From a virus (lineage: Duplodnaviria > Caudoviricetes): 56,598 nt of DNA. The DNA is taken from positions 1 through 56,598 of the IMG/VR virus record IMGVR_UViG_3300032334_000481; one strand, 5' to 3'. The notes below the pieces were generated by a model. It did not search any database and was not told where the DNA came from. It was given only the letters and a program-made list of their open reading frames with translations. Of the stretch, positions 1-9,951 are shown piece by piece (position 1 is the stretch's first letter; every line of letters begins with the position of its first letter). A program made the translations under genes and the position numbers.

Positions 1-1
1 T

Positions 2-1348
2 GGAAGCAACGTGTCTATACTGTCTAACTAGATAATCTTTAACATCTTCACGTCTTGAATCTTGGATGTCAGTATCGATATCTGGAAAGTCATTACGTTC
101 TGGATTAATAAAACGGAAGAACAGAAGACCATGCTCAATAGGGTCAATGTCAGTAATGCCTAGTGCATAACAGACTAGAGAACCAGCAGCCGAACCACGA
201 CCAGGACCAACCATAATGCCTTCTTTCTTAGCCCAGTTAATCATGTTACGAACAACTAGGAAGTAAGGAGCAAAGTTTTTATCTTTAATGATTTGAAGTT
301 CTTCTTCAGCCCTAACATGATATGCAGGGTCAGCACCAACACCACGAGCAGTCAATCCTTCCATAGCAAGTTCATAAAGTTCTTGGTCTGGATTCTGATA
401 TTGTGCAGGTAGTAGGTCTAGATGGTCTTTGATATTATAATCTTCAACCTTATTCATAATCTCAATAGTATTGTCATACATATCTTGTCTTACGATACCC
501 TGGGCTTCCATAGACTTGTGCATCTCTTCATCAGATAGCAGGTGAATCTCGTAGTCTCTAAAAGTAATCTGACGGTCAGCACCATATAGGTAATCCAACT
601 TATCCATAAGACCATCAATTTCCTGACTACCAGCAAAGGTAGCATCTTTCTGAATCTTATTTGAATAAGTGTTTAGGATTAGTTTAAGTTCCTGAATCTC
701 ACGCTGTTCTGGACCTGCGTGGTGACAGTCAGGGGTAACAATAGGCTTGATACCAAACTCATCTGCAAGAGCAAGAATAGTCTTGTTAATCTCTGGTGGA
801 TTATGTGGCATAACTTCGATATAGTAGTCATCGCCAAAAGTTTTCTTAGCCCACTGTAGATGTTCTTTTGCAGCAGCAAAGTCATCTGCTTCAATTGCTT
901 TAGCAAGGAAGCCAGATAGACAGCCAGAAGTGATGATAAGACCTTCTTTATACTTTTCTAGTGAAGTCCAGTCCATACGAGGCTTCTTATAAAAACCCTC
1001 GGTCCAAGCAATCTCGTTTAGTTTATTTAGATTCTCAAGACCCTTTTCGTTTTTGGCAAGAATGATTAAGTGATTATACACAAGGTCTAGTGGCGTATCT
1101 ACACGCTCTTCTTTGTCTCTCTGGTCAAAGCGGTCTTGTGCAATGTATCCTTCGACACCAAGAATTGGTTTAATACCATTCTCAATAGCGACACGATACA
1201 TCTCACGGTGTCCAGACAAGGAACCGTGGTCAGTGATTGCGATGGCTGGCATTCCAATTTGAATTGCTCTGTCCACATATTCTTGTGGTGTTGCTATGCC
1301 ATCAAATAGCGAGTAGTGAGTGTGAACGTGCAGTCCAGCATAACTCAT
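2..1348 (-). CDS. dnaE: DNA polymerase III alpha subunit (DnaE-like), N-terminal part; runs off the window start
   Basis: Not in the ORF track; translated manually from ATG at 1348: MSYAGLHVHTHYSLFDG (PHP domain), TDHG, GPGRGSAAGSLV, FINPERNDFPDIDTD (catalytic Asp motif). Confidence 0.95.
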   Translation of the reverse strand, partial: MSYAGLHVHTHYSLFDGIATPQEYVDRAIQIGMPAIAITDHGSLSGHREMYRVAIENGIKPILGVEGYIAQDRFDQRDKEERVDTPLDLVYNHLIILAKNEKGLENLNKLNEIAWTEGFYKKPRMDWTSLEKYKEGLIITSGCLSGFLAKAIEADDFAAAKEHLQWAKKTFGDDYYIEVMPHNPPEINKTILALADEFGIKPIVTPDCHHAGPEQREIQELKLILNTYSNKIQKDATFAGSQEIDGLMDKLDYLYGADRQITFRDYEIHLLSDEEMHKSMEAQGIVRQDMYDNTIEIMNKVEDYNIKDHLDLLPAQYQNPDQELYELAMEGLTARGVGADPAYHVRAEEELQIIKDKNFAPYFLVVRNMINWAKKEGIMVGPGRGSAAGSLVCYALGITDIDPIEHGLLFFRFINPERNDFPDIDTDIQDSRREDVKDYLVRQYRHVAS

Positions 1349-1375
1349 ATAAAATTTTCCTTAAAGTTTAGAGCA

Positions 1376-1407
1376 ATGGGGGCAGAGAGCGAATCGTCTA
1401 CCCCCAT
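1376..1407 (-). terminator. GC-rich hairpin after the SSB gene, probable terminator or processing stem
   Basis: ATGGGGGCAGA...TCTACCCCCAT inverted repeat; the stem resembles the one after the capsid gene (32821-32852). Confidence 0.55.
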
Positions 1408-1420
1408 CACGATTAATTGA

Positions 1421-2074
1421 TTACCAGTCAGTGTTGCTGGATGTTAGAGATGGAGCATCAAAACCGAAGTAGAAATTCTCCTGCTCTGCGTAAGCGACTT
1501 CACGAACAACCTTTTCAAGATTGAATGGCTCAATGCCATCGAACTTGAATGGTTCTGTGTCTGGCTTAGTTGGAAGCAATGTGTAGTTGGTTTCAGTTCC
1601 CTGACCATTACGCTTAATCTTCCACTCTAGGTTCGAAATTGAACCAGTCTCAATTGCATACTCACGGAGATTTCCGAAAGCAGACTGCTTTGAGATACCC
1701 TGTGACCATACAGCCACATAAGGTGCTTCAGTACCATCGTCAATAATGACGTTACCATACCAGCGAAGACGTGAACGCCAACCTGACTTAGGCTCTTTAC
1801 GACCCATCTCACAACCGTAGCAGCGACCCTCGGAATCGATTGTACATACTGCCTTACGCTTGTAATCCTTTGGATTAGTGTGTTCTGCGATTACCACAGA
1901 TAGACCACGACTTTCATCGTAGTTTGCTGAATCTGTATCCAGTTCTTCAACGAAGCGAACCTTTGCAGATTGTCCGTCAGCCAACTTGACCCAACGAACC
2001 TTTTGACCATTGTTTTCATATTTAGGCTTATCCATAATTGCACCGATATCTTTTAGCCCTTTGATTACGCTCAT
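1421..2074 (-). CDS. Single-stranded DNA-binding protein, T4 gp32-like
   Basis: 217 aa; His/Cys Zn-like motif (H..CTIDSEGRCYGC), KIKRNGQGTETNY motif, acidic/aromatic tail, position between primase and polymerase. Confidence 0.7.
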   Translation of the reverse strand: MSVIKGLKDIGAIMDKPKYENNGQKVRWVKLADGQSAKVRFVEELDTDSANYDESRGLSVVIAEHTNPKDYKRKAVCTIDSEGRCYGCEMGRKEPKSGWRSRLRWYGNVIIDDGTEAPYVAVWSQGISKQSAFGNLREYAIETGSISNLEWKIKRNGQGTETNYTLLPTKPDTEPFKFDGIEPFNLEKVVREVAYAEQENFYFGFDAPSLTSSNTDW

Positions 2075-2105
2075 AATATTCTCCTTATGTTTTCTTAGCG
2101 GTATA

Positions 2106-3050
2106 CTAGTTTAGCATACTGGCAATAGTTTTGTCAAATGATTCGTCAATATTTTTTATTGCTTCATCAGACATATCGCCAATATCTTTATATTGTTTAT
2201 CTATTTTAATAACAGTAACACGAGAGCCAAGACGTTCAACTATCTTATCTTTCATGTTACCGCCAGCCTCATCATTATCTGCAATAACAATAATGTTATT
2301 AAAATACTTAATGAGTAGGTCTGTTTGAAAATTGGATACATTTGCACCCAACGTTGCTACCGCTGGAAAACCACACTGGTCTAAACGGATAGCATCAAAT
2401 GATGATTCAACTACATAGACTTTACCAGCAGTCTTTACACGATGTAGGTTGAACAAAGTTTTTGCCTTTGGAAGTCCTGGAGTATTCTTAAACTCTTTAC
2501 CCTCGATTGAACGACCAACAAAGCCAACAGGAATTCCATCTGGAGAGTGAACAGGTATAGTTACCATATCTTGTTTCTCAGAGAACCCAAGCAAGAACTT
2601 CCTGATAGATGTTTCATTGATTAATCTACCATCGTAGTATCTAGTTGCTCTTGGAGATTCCAATGCTTGCTGATTTAATCTTTTAATCTGCAACTCGTCA
2701 TACGGAACATAGTCTGGTTTTTGAACAAGTGTCTGATTAATCTGATAAGAAAGGTCAGTCTCGATTTCTTTAGACTTGATATAACGAACAGATTCAAAAT
2801 AGGTACGACCAGATGTATGCATAATCAGGGATGGCAAATCACAGACATGCTGGCAAGAGAAACAAAAGAATAGACCAGAGTTTTTGTCTACTTCACCAGC
2901 AGGTGAACGGTAGTTGTTGTGAAAAGGACAGAAAATAATATAGTCAGAATCTACTTCCGATTCGATTGTGATGCCTGACCCTGCGATAACTCTTTTAATC
3001 TGTTCTTTTGAGTAGGAATCATTTCTGTTCCGTCTATTCCTAATATCCAT
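2106..3050 (-). CDS. dnaG: DNA primase (CHC2 zinc finger + TOPRIM)
   Basis: CPFH...CFSC zinc finger; VVESSFDAI and ADNDEAG TOPRIM motifs; KDIGD. Confidence 0.92.
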   Translation of the reverse strand: MDIRNRRNRNDSYSKEQIKRVIAGSGITIESEVDSDYIIFCPFHNNYRSPAGEVDKNSGLFFCFSCQHVCDLPSLIMHTSGRTYFESVRYIKSKEIETDLSYQINQTLVQKPDYVPYDELQIKRLNQQALESPRATRYYDGRLINETSIRKFLLGFSEKQDMVTIPVHSPDGIPVGFVGRSIEGKEFKNTPGLPKAKTLFNLHRVKTAGKVYVVESSFDAIRLDQCGFPAVATLGANVSNFQTDLLIKYFNNIIVIADNDEAGGNMKDKIVERLGSRVTVIKIDKQYKDIGDMSDEAIKNIDESFDKTIASMLN

Positions 3051-3295
3051 AATGCTCTATTCTTTCCTATGTATGTACCATATACTGTTAATGTAAATTC
3101 GTAGTAATCTTGTTCGTTATTATATTTTATCGTAAACTGTGGGTCTATGTCAAGTCTTGGCACATACCCCAGTTCACACATTTCAAGTGTCTTGAGTCTC
3201 ACAAGTTCTAAGCGAAGCCTACCGATTGCGGCATCATTTTTAATGATACCATCAAAAGTAAAGTTCTTAATAGGTTTGTGATGTATATTCTCCAC
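2951..3295 (-). CDS. Hypothetical protein (GTG start, probably leaderless)
   Basis: 114-aa ORF; TATAAT lies 5 nt upstream of the GTG; its 3' end overlaps the primase start by about 100 nt. Confidence 0.65.
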   Translation of the reverse strand: MENIHHKPIKNFTFDGIIKNDAAIGRLRLELVRLKTLEMCELGYVPRLDIDPQFTIKYNNEQDYYEFTLTVYGTYIGKNRALWILGIDGTEMIPTQKNRLKELSQGQASQSNRK

Positions 3296-3307
3296 ACTCT
3301 ATTATAA

Positions 3308-4528
3308 CTAGTTATCTTCAAAATCCTTATAACGATAGTAACCTTTGTCAAAGTCCACCTGAACTAAGAACTCACCCATAAATCCGTTACGGTTCTTGCG
3401 GAAGACACACTCTAGAATGTCTGAATTGGTGGCACGACCAAGAGCAAGCACCCAGTCAGCATCGTAGGCAATCTGGCGTGACCATGCTGTTTGTCCCAAA
3501 GTAGGAACTGTATCTAATTTGGTAACGTCATCTGGTGTAGCAGACGATATAGAGATGATAGGCATTTCTTCGGAGATAGCCATCAACTTTAATTCACGAG
3601 AAAGATTCTTCATACGGACAGTTTCATTATCGGACTTCTGGTTAGGTGACATCAACTGCAGATAGTCTACAATAACTAGGTCAGGCTTGTACTGGTCAAT
3701 CTTACCACGAATAACTGACGGAGTTACTTCTCCACCATTATCATTAGAGATGATGTGAAATTCTGGCTTGCCCTGAAGTTCTTTCCTATGCCAACGCTTT
3801 AGGTCTTCAATGTCTACCTGCCCATTGCTAAGTTTACGATGTGACCAGAGACCTTCACCCATGATAGCAAACACACGGTTACGAACTTCTGTCTCTGACA
3901 TTTCGAGTGAGATGATTAGCGGTGACTTGCCTTGCTTCCATGCTTGAACTGCCATGTAGAGAGCAAACCAAGACTTACCAATTCCTGGATAGGCAAGGAA
4001 GACACCCAACTGACCTGGAGTAATACCAGCAGGTAGATAATTGTCAAATCCTGGCAAACCAGTCTTGATACCAATTGAACCTAGTTCATTCTGACGAGCA
4101 AGATTTTCAAAGTATGCAACAGCAGAATCAATATCAGTAGCATCGATGTCACGGATAACTGCTGTGTTTTTCTTTAGTTCTGATGTCTTCTGGATTAGGT
4201 CTTCTAGTGCCTTAGTACCCTGACCTGCTTGAACATCTGAAGCAGTAGTTCTAAGAACATCCTTTAGACTATCATTTAGAAATTCTGCCTGTAGTTCTTC
4301 TAGGTGATACTTAGTAGCACCAACACCATCTATAGGAGCAAAATCACGGAACTTATCTACAACTAAAGATACTGGTGGCACTGTACCATTAGTCTCAGAA
4401 TAGTTGCGGATAAAAGTCCAGATGTCATTGTGGGTTCTTAAGATGTTGTCCACGTTTGCTTGTAGCAGGACGTGAACCTGCTTATCTGCCAATACAGCAG
4501 AGATTAGTTTTGATTCTGTATTATTCAC
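3308..4528 (-). CDS. dnaB: DnaB-like replicative helicase
   Basis: Walker A AYPGIGKS, ISLEMS, Walker B IVDYLQLM, IAYDAD, KNRNG. Confidence 0.95.
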   Translation of the reverse strand: MNNTESKLISAVLADKQVHVLLQANVDNILRTHNDIWTFIRNYSETNGTVPPVSLVVDKFRDFAPIDGVGATKYHLEELQAEFLNDSLKDVLRTTASDVQAGQGTKALEDLIQKTSELKKNTAVIRDIDATDIDSAVAYFENLARQNELGSIGIKTGLPGFDNYLPAGITPGQLGVFLAYPGIGKSWFALYMAVQAWKQGKSPLIISLEMSETEVRNRVFAIMGEGLWSHRKLSNGQVDIEDLKRWHRKELQGKPEFHIISNDNGGEVTPSVIRGKIDQYKPDLVIVDYLQLMSPNQKSDNETVRMKNLSRELKLMAISEEMPIISISSATPDDVTKLDTVPTLGQTAWSRQIAYDADWVLALGRATNSDILECVFRKNRNGFMGEFLVQVDFDKGYYRYKDFEDN

Positions 4529-4829
4529 TTAGCCACTCTTTCGCCTTGAGCCTACGTTCTGCTCGTTCTTTGTTGTCTTGTTCTACTTGTTTACGTTTGT
4601 AAACAATGTGGTCTGCATAGTTTGCAAAGTATTTCCATGACGGATTTTCCGATACATCAAAGTAATACTGGAGTAGTTCATAGCATTCTGGTATGCCATA
4701 GGATTCAATAAGTGCATCTGCAGCCCATTGCTCAACATTTAAATTTAGGGATGGCTTTTCTTCGTACTTTGCAGTATGTAATTTACTGTAACGACTAAGC
4801 AAAGCCATACGGTCTTTGCGGTCAGCCAT
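4521..4829 (-). CDS. Hypothetical protein coupled to the helicase gene
   Basis: 102-aa ORF overlapping both neighbours. Confidence 0.75.
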   Translation of the reverse strand: MADRKDRMALLSRYSKLHTAKYEEKPSLNLNVEQWAADALIESYGIPECYELLQYYFDVSENPSWKYFANYADHIVYKRKQVEQDNKERAERRLKAKEWLSE

Positions 4830-5038
4830 TACTTATTCTCTGTCTCTTCTACAGATTCCTTGACTTTCTCAGCCAATCTTTGCTCAACAAATGCATACAC
4901 ACGTTCAAATGCTTCACCAGTTGTTTCTCCATTACGCTTACTATCTGATACAGATAGGTCAATACGCAATGATTGAAAGTTACCCAAGTTAAGCGTATAG
5001 CCTAGCCCAACTGTAACCTTAGTCTCATCGTTATTCAT
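4829..5038 (-). CDS. Hypothetical small protein
   Basis: 69-aa ORF with SD-like GAAAGGA upstream and a TAATG overlap with the next gene. Confidence 0.75.
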   Translation of the reverse strand: MNNDETKVTVGLGYTLNLGNFQSLRIDLSVSDSKRNGETTGEAFERVYAFVEQRLAEKVKESVEETENK

Positions 5039-5057
5039 ACCATTGTCCTTTCAAGAA

Positions 5058-5588
5058 CTAAATTGATTCATTCCAGATTGGCACAAATCTGCCATCTTCT
5101 GTCTTTGTATAAACCAGTATACCATCGCCCATACGCCTTGTCAACTCTTGTTTTGTAGGTGTTACATCGTTGGTTATTAGTTTATCTTTTCTTGGTCTAC
5201 CGTGGTGGTAGGAAGCAAGTATATCACGAATTTCCCTAACCTGTGATTCAGAATAGTAAGAACGGACCTGCCAGCCCCTCTCTCCGCCCTTCTGTGACCC
5301 CATAGGGAAGGGAATAATGCCTTTTAGCATTAATGCTGGCATATATTTCTTATGCCTGTTTACGAGGCTTGCAGCCTCTCCTACGGTATATGCTCTTTGC
5401 CTGTTCTTTTTAAAATCACTAACTAAACAACTTTCTATTTGGTCAAGTGTAATATTATAAACAGACATTATGCCATTAGAGTTATTCATGTGATATACAC
5501 GGACAAGGCTTCCATTTAAAAACCAAACTTTTTTATTCCCTGAAATAACAGGGGCAGCATTGTATTGCTCCATTGTTAAAGCAGCCAT
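5058..5588 (-). CDS. MerR-like helix-turn-helix DNA-binding protein
   Basis: YTVGEAASLVNRH...KGIIP...RSYYSESQVREIRDI matches the MerR/excisionase winged-HTH pattern. Confidence 0.65.
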   Translation of the reverse strand: MAALTMEQYNAAPVISGNKKVWFLNGSLVRVYHMNNSNGIMSVYNITLDQIESCLVSDFKKNRQRAYTVGEAASLVNRHKKYMPALMLKGIIPFPMGSQKGGERGWQVRSYYSESQVREIRDILASYHHGRPRKDKLITNDVTPTKQELTRRMGDGILVYTKTEDGRFVPIWNESI

Positions 5589-6016
5589 TACACTCCAATA
5601 GCAATTACACTTACGTCCAAAGTTACAACGCCATCTTTGTCATAATCAATTTTATAATATATAGCAGAAGTATCTATGCCTGTAATGGTTAGTGTTGCTT
5701 TTACTGTAGAAGAACTTTTTGAAACTAAGGTGGCAGTTGCTATTGGTGCTTGACCAAATTGTGTATTAAAAGATATTTGTCCAGTTGTTGGAGTTTTAGC
5801 AGTAACATTGGCAGAATTTAAAACGTTGACTACCCTGGCTTGAAATTTAATGTTACTTGTTTTTGCTGATGTTGGTTGATTTGTGTATGATTGAATTTGA
5901 GAGGAGCCAGTTGAAGCCAACTCTCCATTAATACTAATTAACGAACTAACAATGTCATAAAGGTACTGGGTATCAATTGGTTGACCATTGCTTGGTAGTG
6001 AAGGTACTTTTGCCAT
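5588..6016 (-). CDS. Putative small tail-tip/fibre protein (H-type lectin-like C-terminus)
   Basis: ISFNTQFGQAPIATAT...VSVIAIG pattern; leaderless TGGTATAAT-N6-ATG. Confidence 0.5.
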   Translation of the reverse strand: MAKVPSLPSNGQPIDTQYLYDIVSSLISINGELASTGSSQIQSYTNQPTSAKTSNIKFQARVVNVLNSANVTAKTPTTGQISFNTQFGQAPIATATLVSKSSSTVKATLTITGIDTSAIYYKIDYDKDGVVTLDVSVIAIGV

Positions 6017-6035
6017 ACTTTAATTATACCATAAC

Positions 6036-8057
6036 CTATAGCCTTAGTGATGTTACTAAGGAACCACCAACAATAGATATTGTCCAGTTAGCACTTGTTG
6101 TACCACTTCCAGCAACAGTTTCTGCATACATAGTTATAGATGTTGTAGAACTACTTGTTATTATGCCTTCTAGGTAGTCTGTTGGAGCAGCGGTTCTAGC
6201 AGCCCTTATTTTCATACCAGGGATAAGTACGTTACTTGTGTTTGTTACCGCAAAAGTTTTAGAAGCAGGAACTGTCATAGTGTTGCTTGTTGTAGATGTA
6301 AATGTGGGGGTTACTGAATTTTTAGGTATTTGAGAATCTGCTTTTATTACTAACAATGTTCCTGTTTTATAATCAACTGCTGTTGTTGTTGGTGGTAAAG
6401 ATACCCCATTTGATGAGTCGGAATAAATCCTTAATCCGATATTTCTGTCCGAACTAGAATACGGTAAACTCATGTTAGTTAAATTTACACTATATGGTAA
6501 AGTTGAGTCATTTGTTTCGAGGGTTGCGTAGGCATTGAAGTATGTACTTCTGCTTTTTGTTATACTCCACAAAGTATATTTATTTACATCTGTTACAATT
6601 TCAGACTCGTTATCATTAGATGCTAAAACAATAGCCTGAACAAACATCGGTTTTAGTTGATACTGCTCTATTGGAATACCAGTTTCTATAGTACCATTAT
6701 GGTTTGTGCTAGATGTGACTGTTGCATTATTTGCTATAAACACTATATCCCCAGATGCGGTATGACCAGTTGTTGGTCTGGTTGGATGTGAAATAGATGA
6801 AAGATTTCCTGCAGTAAAATCTTGACGAGAATCAACATCGATGGAAGTAGTAGAATTTATCTTAGTTATTTTGACAGCACCAGAACCCAAACTGCCAGGT
6901 GACCCTGCTCCAACAATCATCTGCCCAACTTCTAAATTATTTGTAAATGGTGTAACAGAAGTTATTCTTGCTGTTTTTACTTGTTCTGTATTATCTACCA
7001 AGCCTACAGTAAAAGTTTGAGATATTGTTGTCATTGCATATTGCGTATTTGATAAAACAATTATATTGTTGTCGTAATCAACTTGAGATACTATGCCATC
7101 TCCAAAATCTCCATCTCCACTAATTTTAGTTAACGACATTCCAGGAACAACCCCATAGTTAATTAAATTTTCATTTGTAACAATCGTACAACCACCTTGA
7201 GTTATGACTGCTGTTAATTTTGAAGTATTCATTTTTCTTGAAAAAGATATTTCATACTGATTGTCTGATGAAGTTTTAACGTACTCATAGTCTGTCCATG
7301 CATGTGTTCTTGTAATATTTGTAATATAGCCAGATGAGGTCCATGAAGAACCTGATTGAATATTAAAAACATTTCCAGAAGAATAAGGCTGACTTGCTTG
7401 TATTGCAAAAGTATTTCCTGGAGTTGTAGTTCCTGGTCCAGCATATAAATTTACTGTTCCAGATGAATCTGTTATTACTTTATCTAAATATGTTTTAAAA
7501 GATAATGAAGTGTTTCTATAGTCTGGATTAGAACTTGATAAAGTTAAAGTCCCAATATAAATACCACTACTTAGTGTGGGGGCACTAAGTGTTCCCCATT
7601 TTGCAAGAAATGACCACATATTCCAAGAAACATAGGCATCAAATTTTTTAACATTTGAATCAGTTGGGTTTTCCCATTTTAATTTAAAATCGTCTTGTTC
7701 TGGATAATGTATTCCATTTTCTTTATTAGATGTAATTTGTGTAATTTCACTGCTGGGCATTGTGGAATCCATATTAGTAGAACTGGTTGAAGATAAATTA
7801 ATTGCAGTTCCTCCATGTAAATCTGTTGGATAGTCTTCGTTTAATGGAGCATTAGAATAATTGGTTTGTAAAATTGTTGCATTTTCTGAACTATTATTTT
7901 TTTTTAAAAAATTTAAACTTATTGGATTAGACCATGAAGAAATTTGACTAGAATCTTGATAATTTTTTAATCTATATCTAAAGGTAATTCCAACCGAGGA
8001 CCCATCTGCTGTAAACTTATCAATATTATTTATTGGAATTACTATTTCTCTAGACAT
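6036..8057 (-). CDS. Minor tail / receptor-binding-type protein
   Basis: 673 aa, S/T/N-rich beta-type sequence, last gene of the tail-tip cluster. Confidence 0.6.
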   Translation of the reverse strand: MSREIVIPINNIDKFTADGSSVGITFRYRLKNYQDSSQISSWSNPISLNFLKKNNSSENATILQTNYSNAPLNEDYPTDLHGGTAINLSSTSSTNMDSTMPSSEITQITSNKENGIHYPEQDDFKLKWENPTDSNVKKFDAYVSWNMWSFLAKWGTLSAPTLSSGIYIGTLTLSSSNPDYRNTSLSFKTYLDKVITDSSGTVNLYAGPGTTTPGNTFAIQASQPYSSGNVFNIQSGSSWTSSGYITNITRTHAWTDYEYVKTSSDNQYEISFSRKMNTSKLTAVITQGGCTIVTNENLINYGVVPGMSLTKISGDGDFGDGIVSQVDYDNNIIVLSNTQYAMTTISQTFTVGLVDNTEQVKTARITSVTPFTNNLEVGQMIVGAGSPGSLGSGAVKITKINSTTSIDVDSRQDFTAGNLSSISHPTRPTTGHTASGDIVFIANNATVTSSTNHNGTIETGIPIEQYQLKPMFVQAIVLASNDNESEIVTDVNKYTLWSITKSRSTYFNAYATLETNDSTLPYSVNLTNMSLPYSSSDRNIGLRIYSDSSNGVSLPPTTTAVDYKTGTLLVIKADSQIPKNSVTPTFTSTTSNTMTVPASKTFAVTNTSNVLIPGMKIRAARTAAPTDYLEGIITSSSTTSITMYAETVAGSGTTSANWTISIVGGSLVTSLRL

Positions 8058-9456
8058 ATGGAGTTACTCCAGCGGCAAATTTAAACTCTACCAAACTCAT
8101 TGTTCCAGAATCTTTTGCAATAGGAAGTTCTGAATTAACAACAGTATATCCAACCAATCCATACAATGGATTTGTGTTTGATTTATTTTCAAATCTAATA
8201 GCGTCTAGACATATTGTAAAGTCAGTTAGTGTTGAACCAGAATAATCCTGAGCACTTTCTACACTAGAATAAATTTTTAATGTTCTTACACTGTCCCAAT
8301 TAAAATTTGATGTTTGAGATGTCAAAGTATCTTTAAGTTTTAAAGTAAGAATTTTGTACCTATTATTTTGCATTGGACCGCCAGCACCAGTTAGGTCTGA
8401 ATTTGTAAATTTAAAATGATATTTTGCAGAGTCTAAACCAGTTTGAGTAACAAATTCAAGCATTATGTTAATTGACATTGGTGTTGTTGTTGTAGTTGCA
8501 TTTTTATTAATTAGTGAAAATGCAAGTCTTAGTTCATCATTTTGAGAATTACCATTTAAATTTGCTACAAATGGAACCGAAATATAATTTGATGATGCTA
8601 TTGGAGTTAGGTCAGCCGAAAATTCTGACATATCTCCAGCAAGAAACATCACGTCACTTTGAAATCTTGGAACCTCTAATCTATTTATTCTAGATAAATT
8701 ATTAAAAAATATATTTTCTGCATTTGAAACAAAAGCCTTATCTGTTTTTATAATATTATTTGTTCCATCTGTTATTGCTGAATAATATGGAACATCAATA
8801 AAATCAGAACTACTATAATCAAAATAACTCCATGCTTCATTTTTAGTAAAATTTACAGCAATATAACTATCTTTCCCATTTGCATAAGTATTAGTTTCAC
8901 TTGGATATAATCCAAACTCAGTTATCCCATATCTATTTGCTAATGTTGAAGGTATCTCTGCTGTTAAAACAATTTTTGGAATATACCCCAAAATTGTTAT
9001 AGAATCTGTTATTGTTTGTGGGTCTGTAGGATTTGTTTTTTTATCTAATACTGTTATTGTTGTCGATGTAGAATCATAAATTTCATAAAATCCGTCAGCG
9101 TTGATTGCGGCATCGGGGTCGCTATTAGTAAATCCTGGAGAATTTGAAATTATAATTGTTGAACCAGGGTTAAATTGATTTCCTTTTGGAATTGTAAAAA
9201 TAAAAACATTTGCACCGTCAACAACCTCTTGACTTGTCTGTACTTCTGTTGCATAAAGTTCAAGTGACTCAACAACAATATTTCTTGAAGTTATTGGAAA
9301 TCTTCCCATTTCAAAATCTAGTTCTGTTTTTGCTGCATAATTTCCAATGGTTGTTGATGGCGTGGCTCCACAACCAATAGCAATATGAGATGCAAACGAT
9401 GTTGTTTGACCAATAAGGTATTTAGAAATAATGTCTCTGCCAGTTAGTGTAATCAT
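8050..9456 (-). CDS. Minor tail / baseplate protein
   Basis: N-terminus MITLTGRDIISKYL...IAIGCG...ELDFEMGR and ITEFGLY resemble tail-fibre attachment domains. Confidence 0.65.
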   Translation of the reverse strand: MITLTGRDIISKYLIGQTTSFASHIAIGCGATPSTTIGNYAAKTELDFEMGRFPITSRNIVVESLELYATEVQTSQEVVDGANVFIFTIPKGNQFNPGSTIIISNSPGFTNSDPDAAINADGFYEIYDSTSTTITVLDKKTNPTDPQTITDSITILGYIPKIVLTAEIPSTLANRYGITEFGLYPSETNTYANGKDSYIAVNFTKNEAWSYFDYSSSDFIDVPYYSAITDGTNNIIKTDKAFVSNAENIFFNNLSRINRLEVPRFQSDVMFLAGDMSEFSADLTPIASSNYISVPFVANLNGNSQNDELRLAFSLINKNATTTTTPMSINIMLEFVTQTGLDSAKYHFKFTNSDLTGAGGPMQNNRYKILTLKLKDTLTSQTSNFNWDSVRTLKIYSSVESAQDYSGSTLTDFTICLDAIRFENKSNTNPLYGLVGYTVVNSELPIAKDSGTMSLVEFKFAAGVTPYV

Positions 9457-9480
9457 AATATCTCTTTAATTATAACATAT

Positions 9481-9951
9481 CTAGGGTTTTTTGTTCAAAA
9501 ACTCAATTTCTATATAGAAATTAGATGCTTCGTCTTCTACCAGTATAACTAAATCCTTGTTATCCTCTGAAATATAGGCATCTAGATTGGGAGCAAAAGA
9601 TGAAATATCGTAGGTGGTTCGATGGCTTGGATATAATAAATAATTATTTAGATTTATAGCATAATCTGTTGTTGTGGATAAAATACCGTTTACTGGAAAA
9701 AGTAAATTTGTTGAAGAATAGGCAACTATGTTTTCACTAATATTTTTTATTGGAAAAGTATTTGGTCTTGTCAATAATTCTTCTGGCTCATATGCCAAAA
9801 ATTCTTGACCACCAATTTCATTAAAAATTGCACCAACCATATAGTCAACTGGAACCTCTCCAGTTTCTATAAATAAATTTGATGTAGCAATTTTAACTGG
9901 TTCTCTTTTATTATATCCTGTATCTTTCCTAGTTATTTTTGGCTTTGCCAT
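9481..9951 (-). CDS. Hypothetical tail-associated protein
   Basis: 156 aa, TAATG-coupled to the large tail protein gene. Confidence 0.65.
   Translation of the reverse strand: MAKPKITRKDTGYNKREPVKIATSNLFIETGEVPVDYMVGAIFNEIGGQEFLAYEPEELLTRPNTFPIKNISENIVAYSSTNLLFPVNGILSTTTDYAINLNNYLLYPSHRTTYDISSFAPNLDAYISEDNKDLVILVEDEASNFYIEIEFLNKKP

Noticed and set aside
679-906. 75-aa minus-strand ORF in the track
   Set aside because: Out-of-frame overlap within dnaE, which the track missed because it lacks a stop inside the window.
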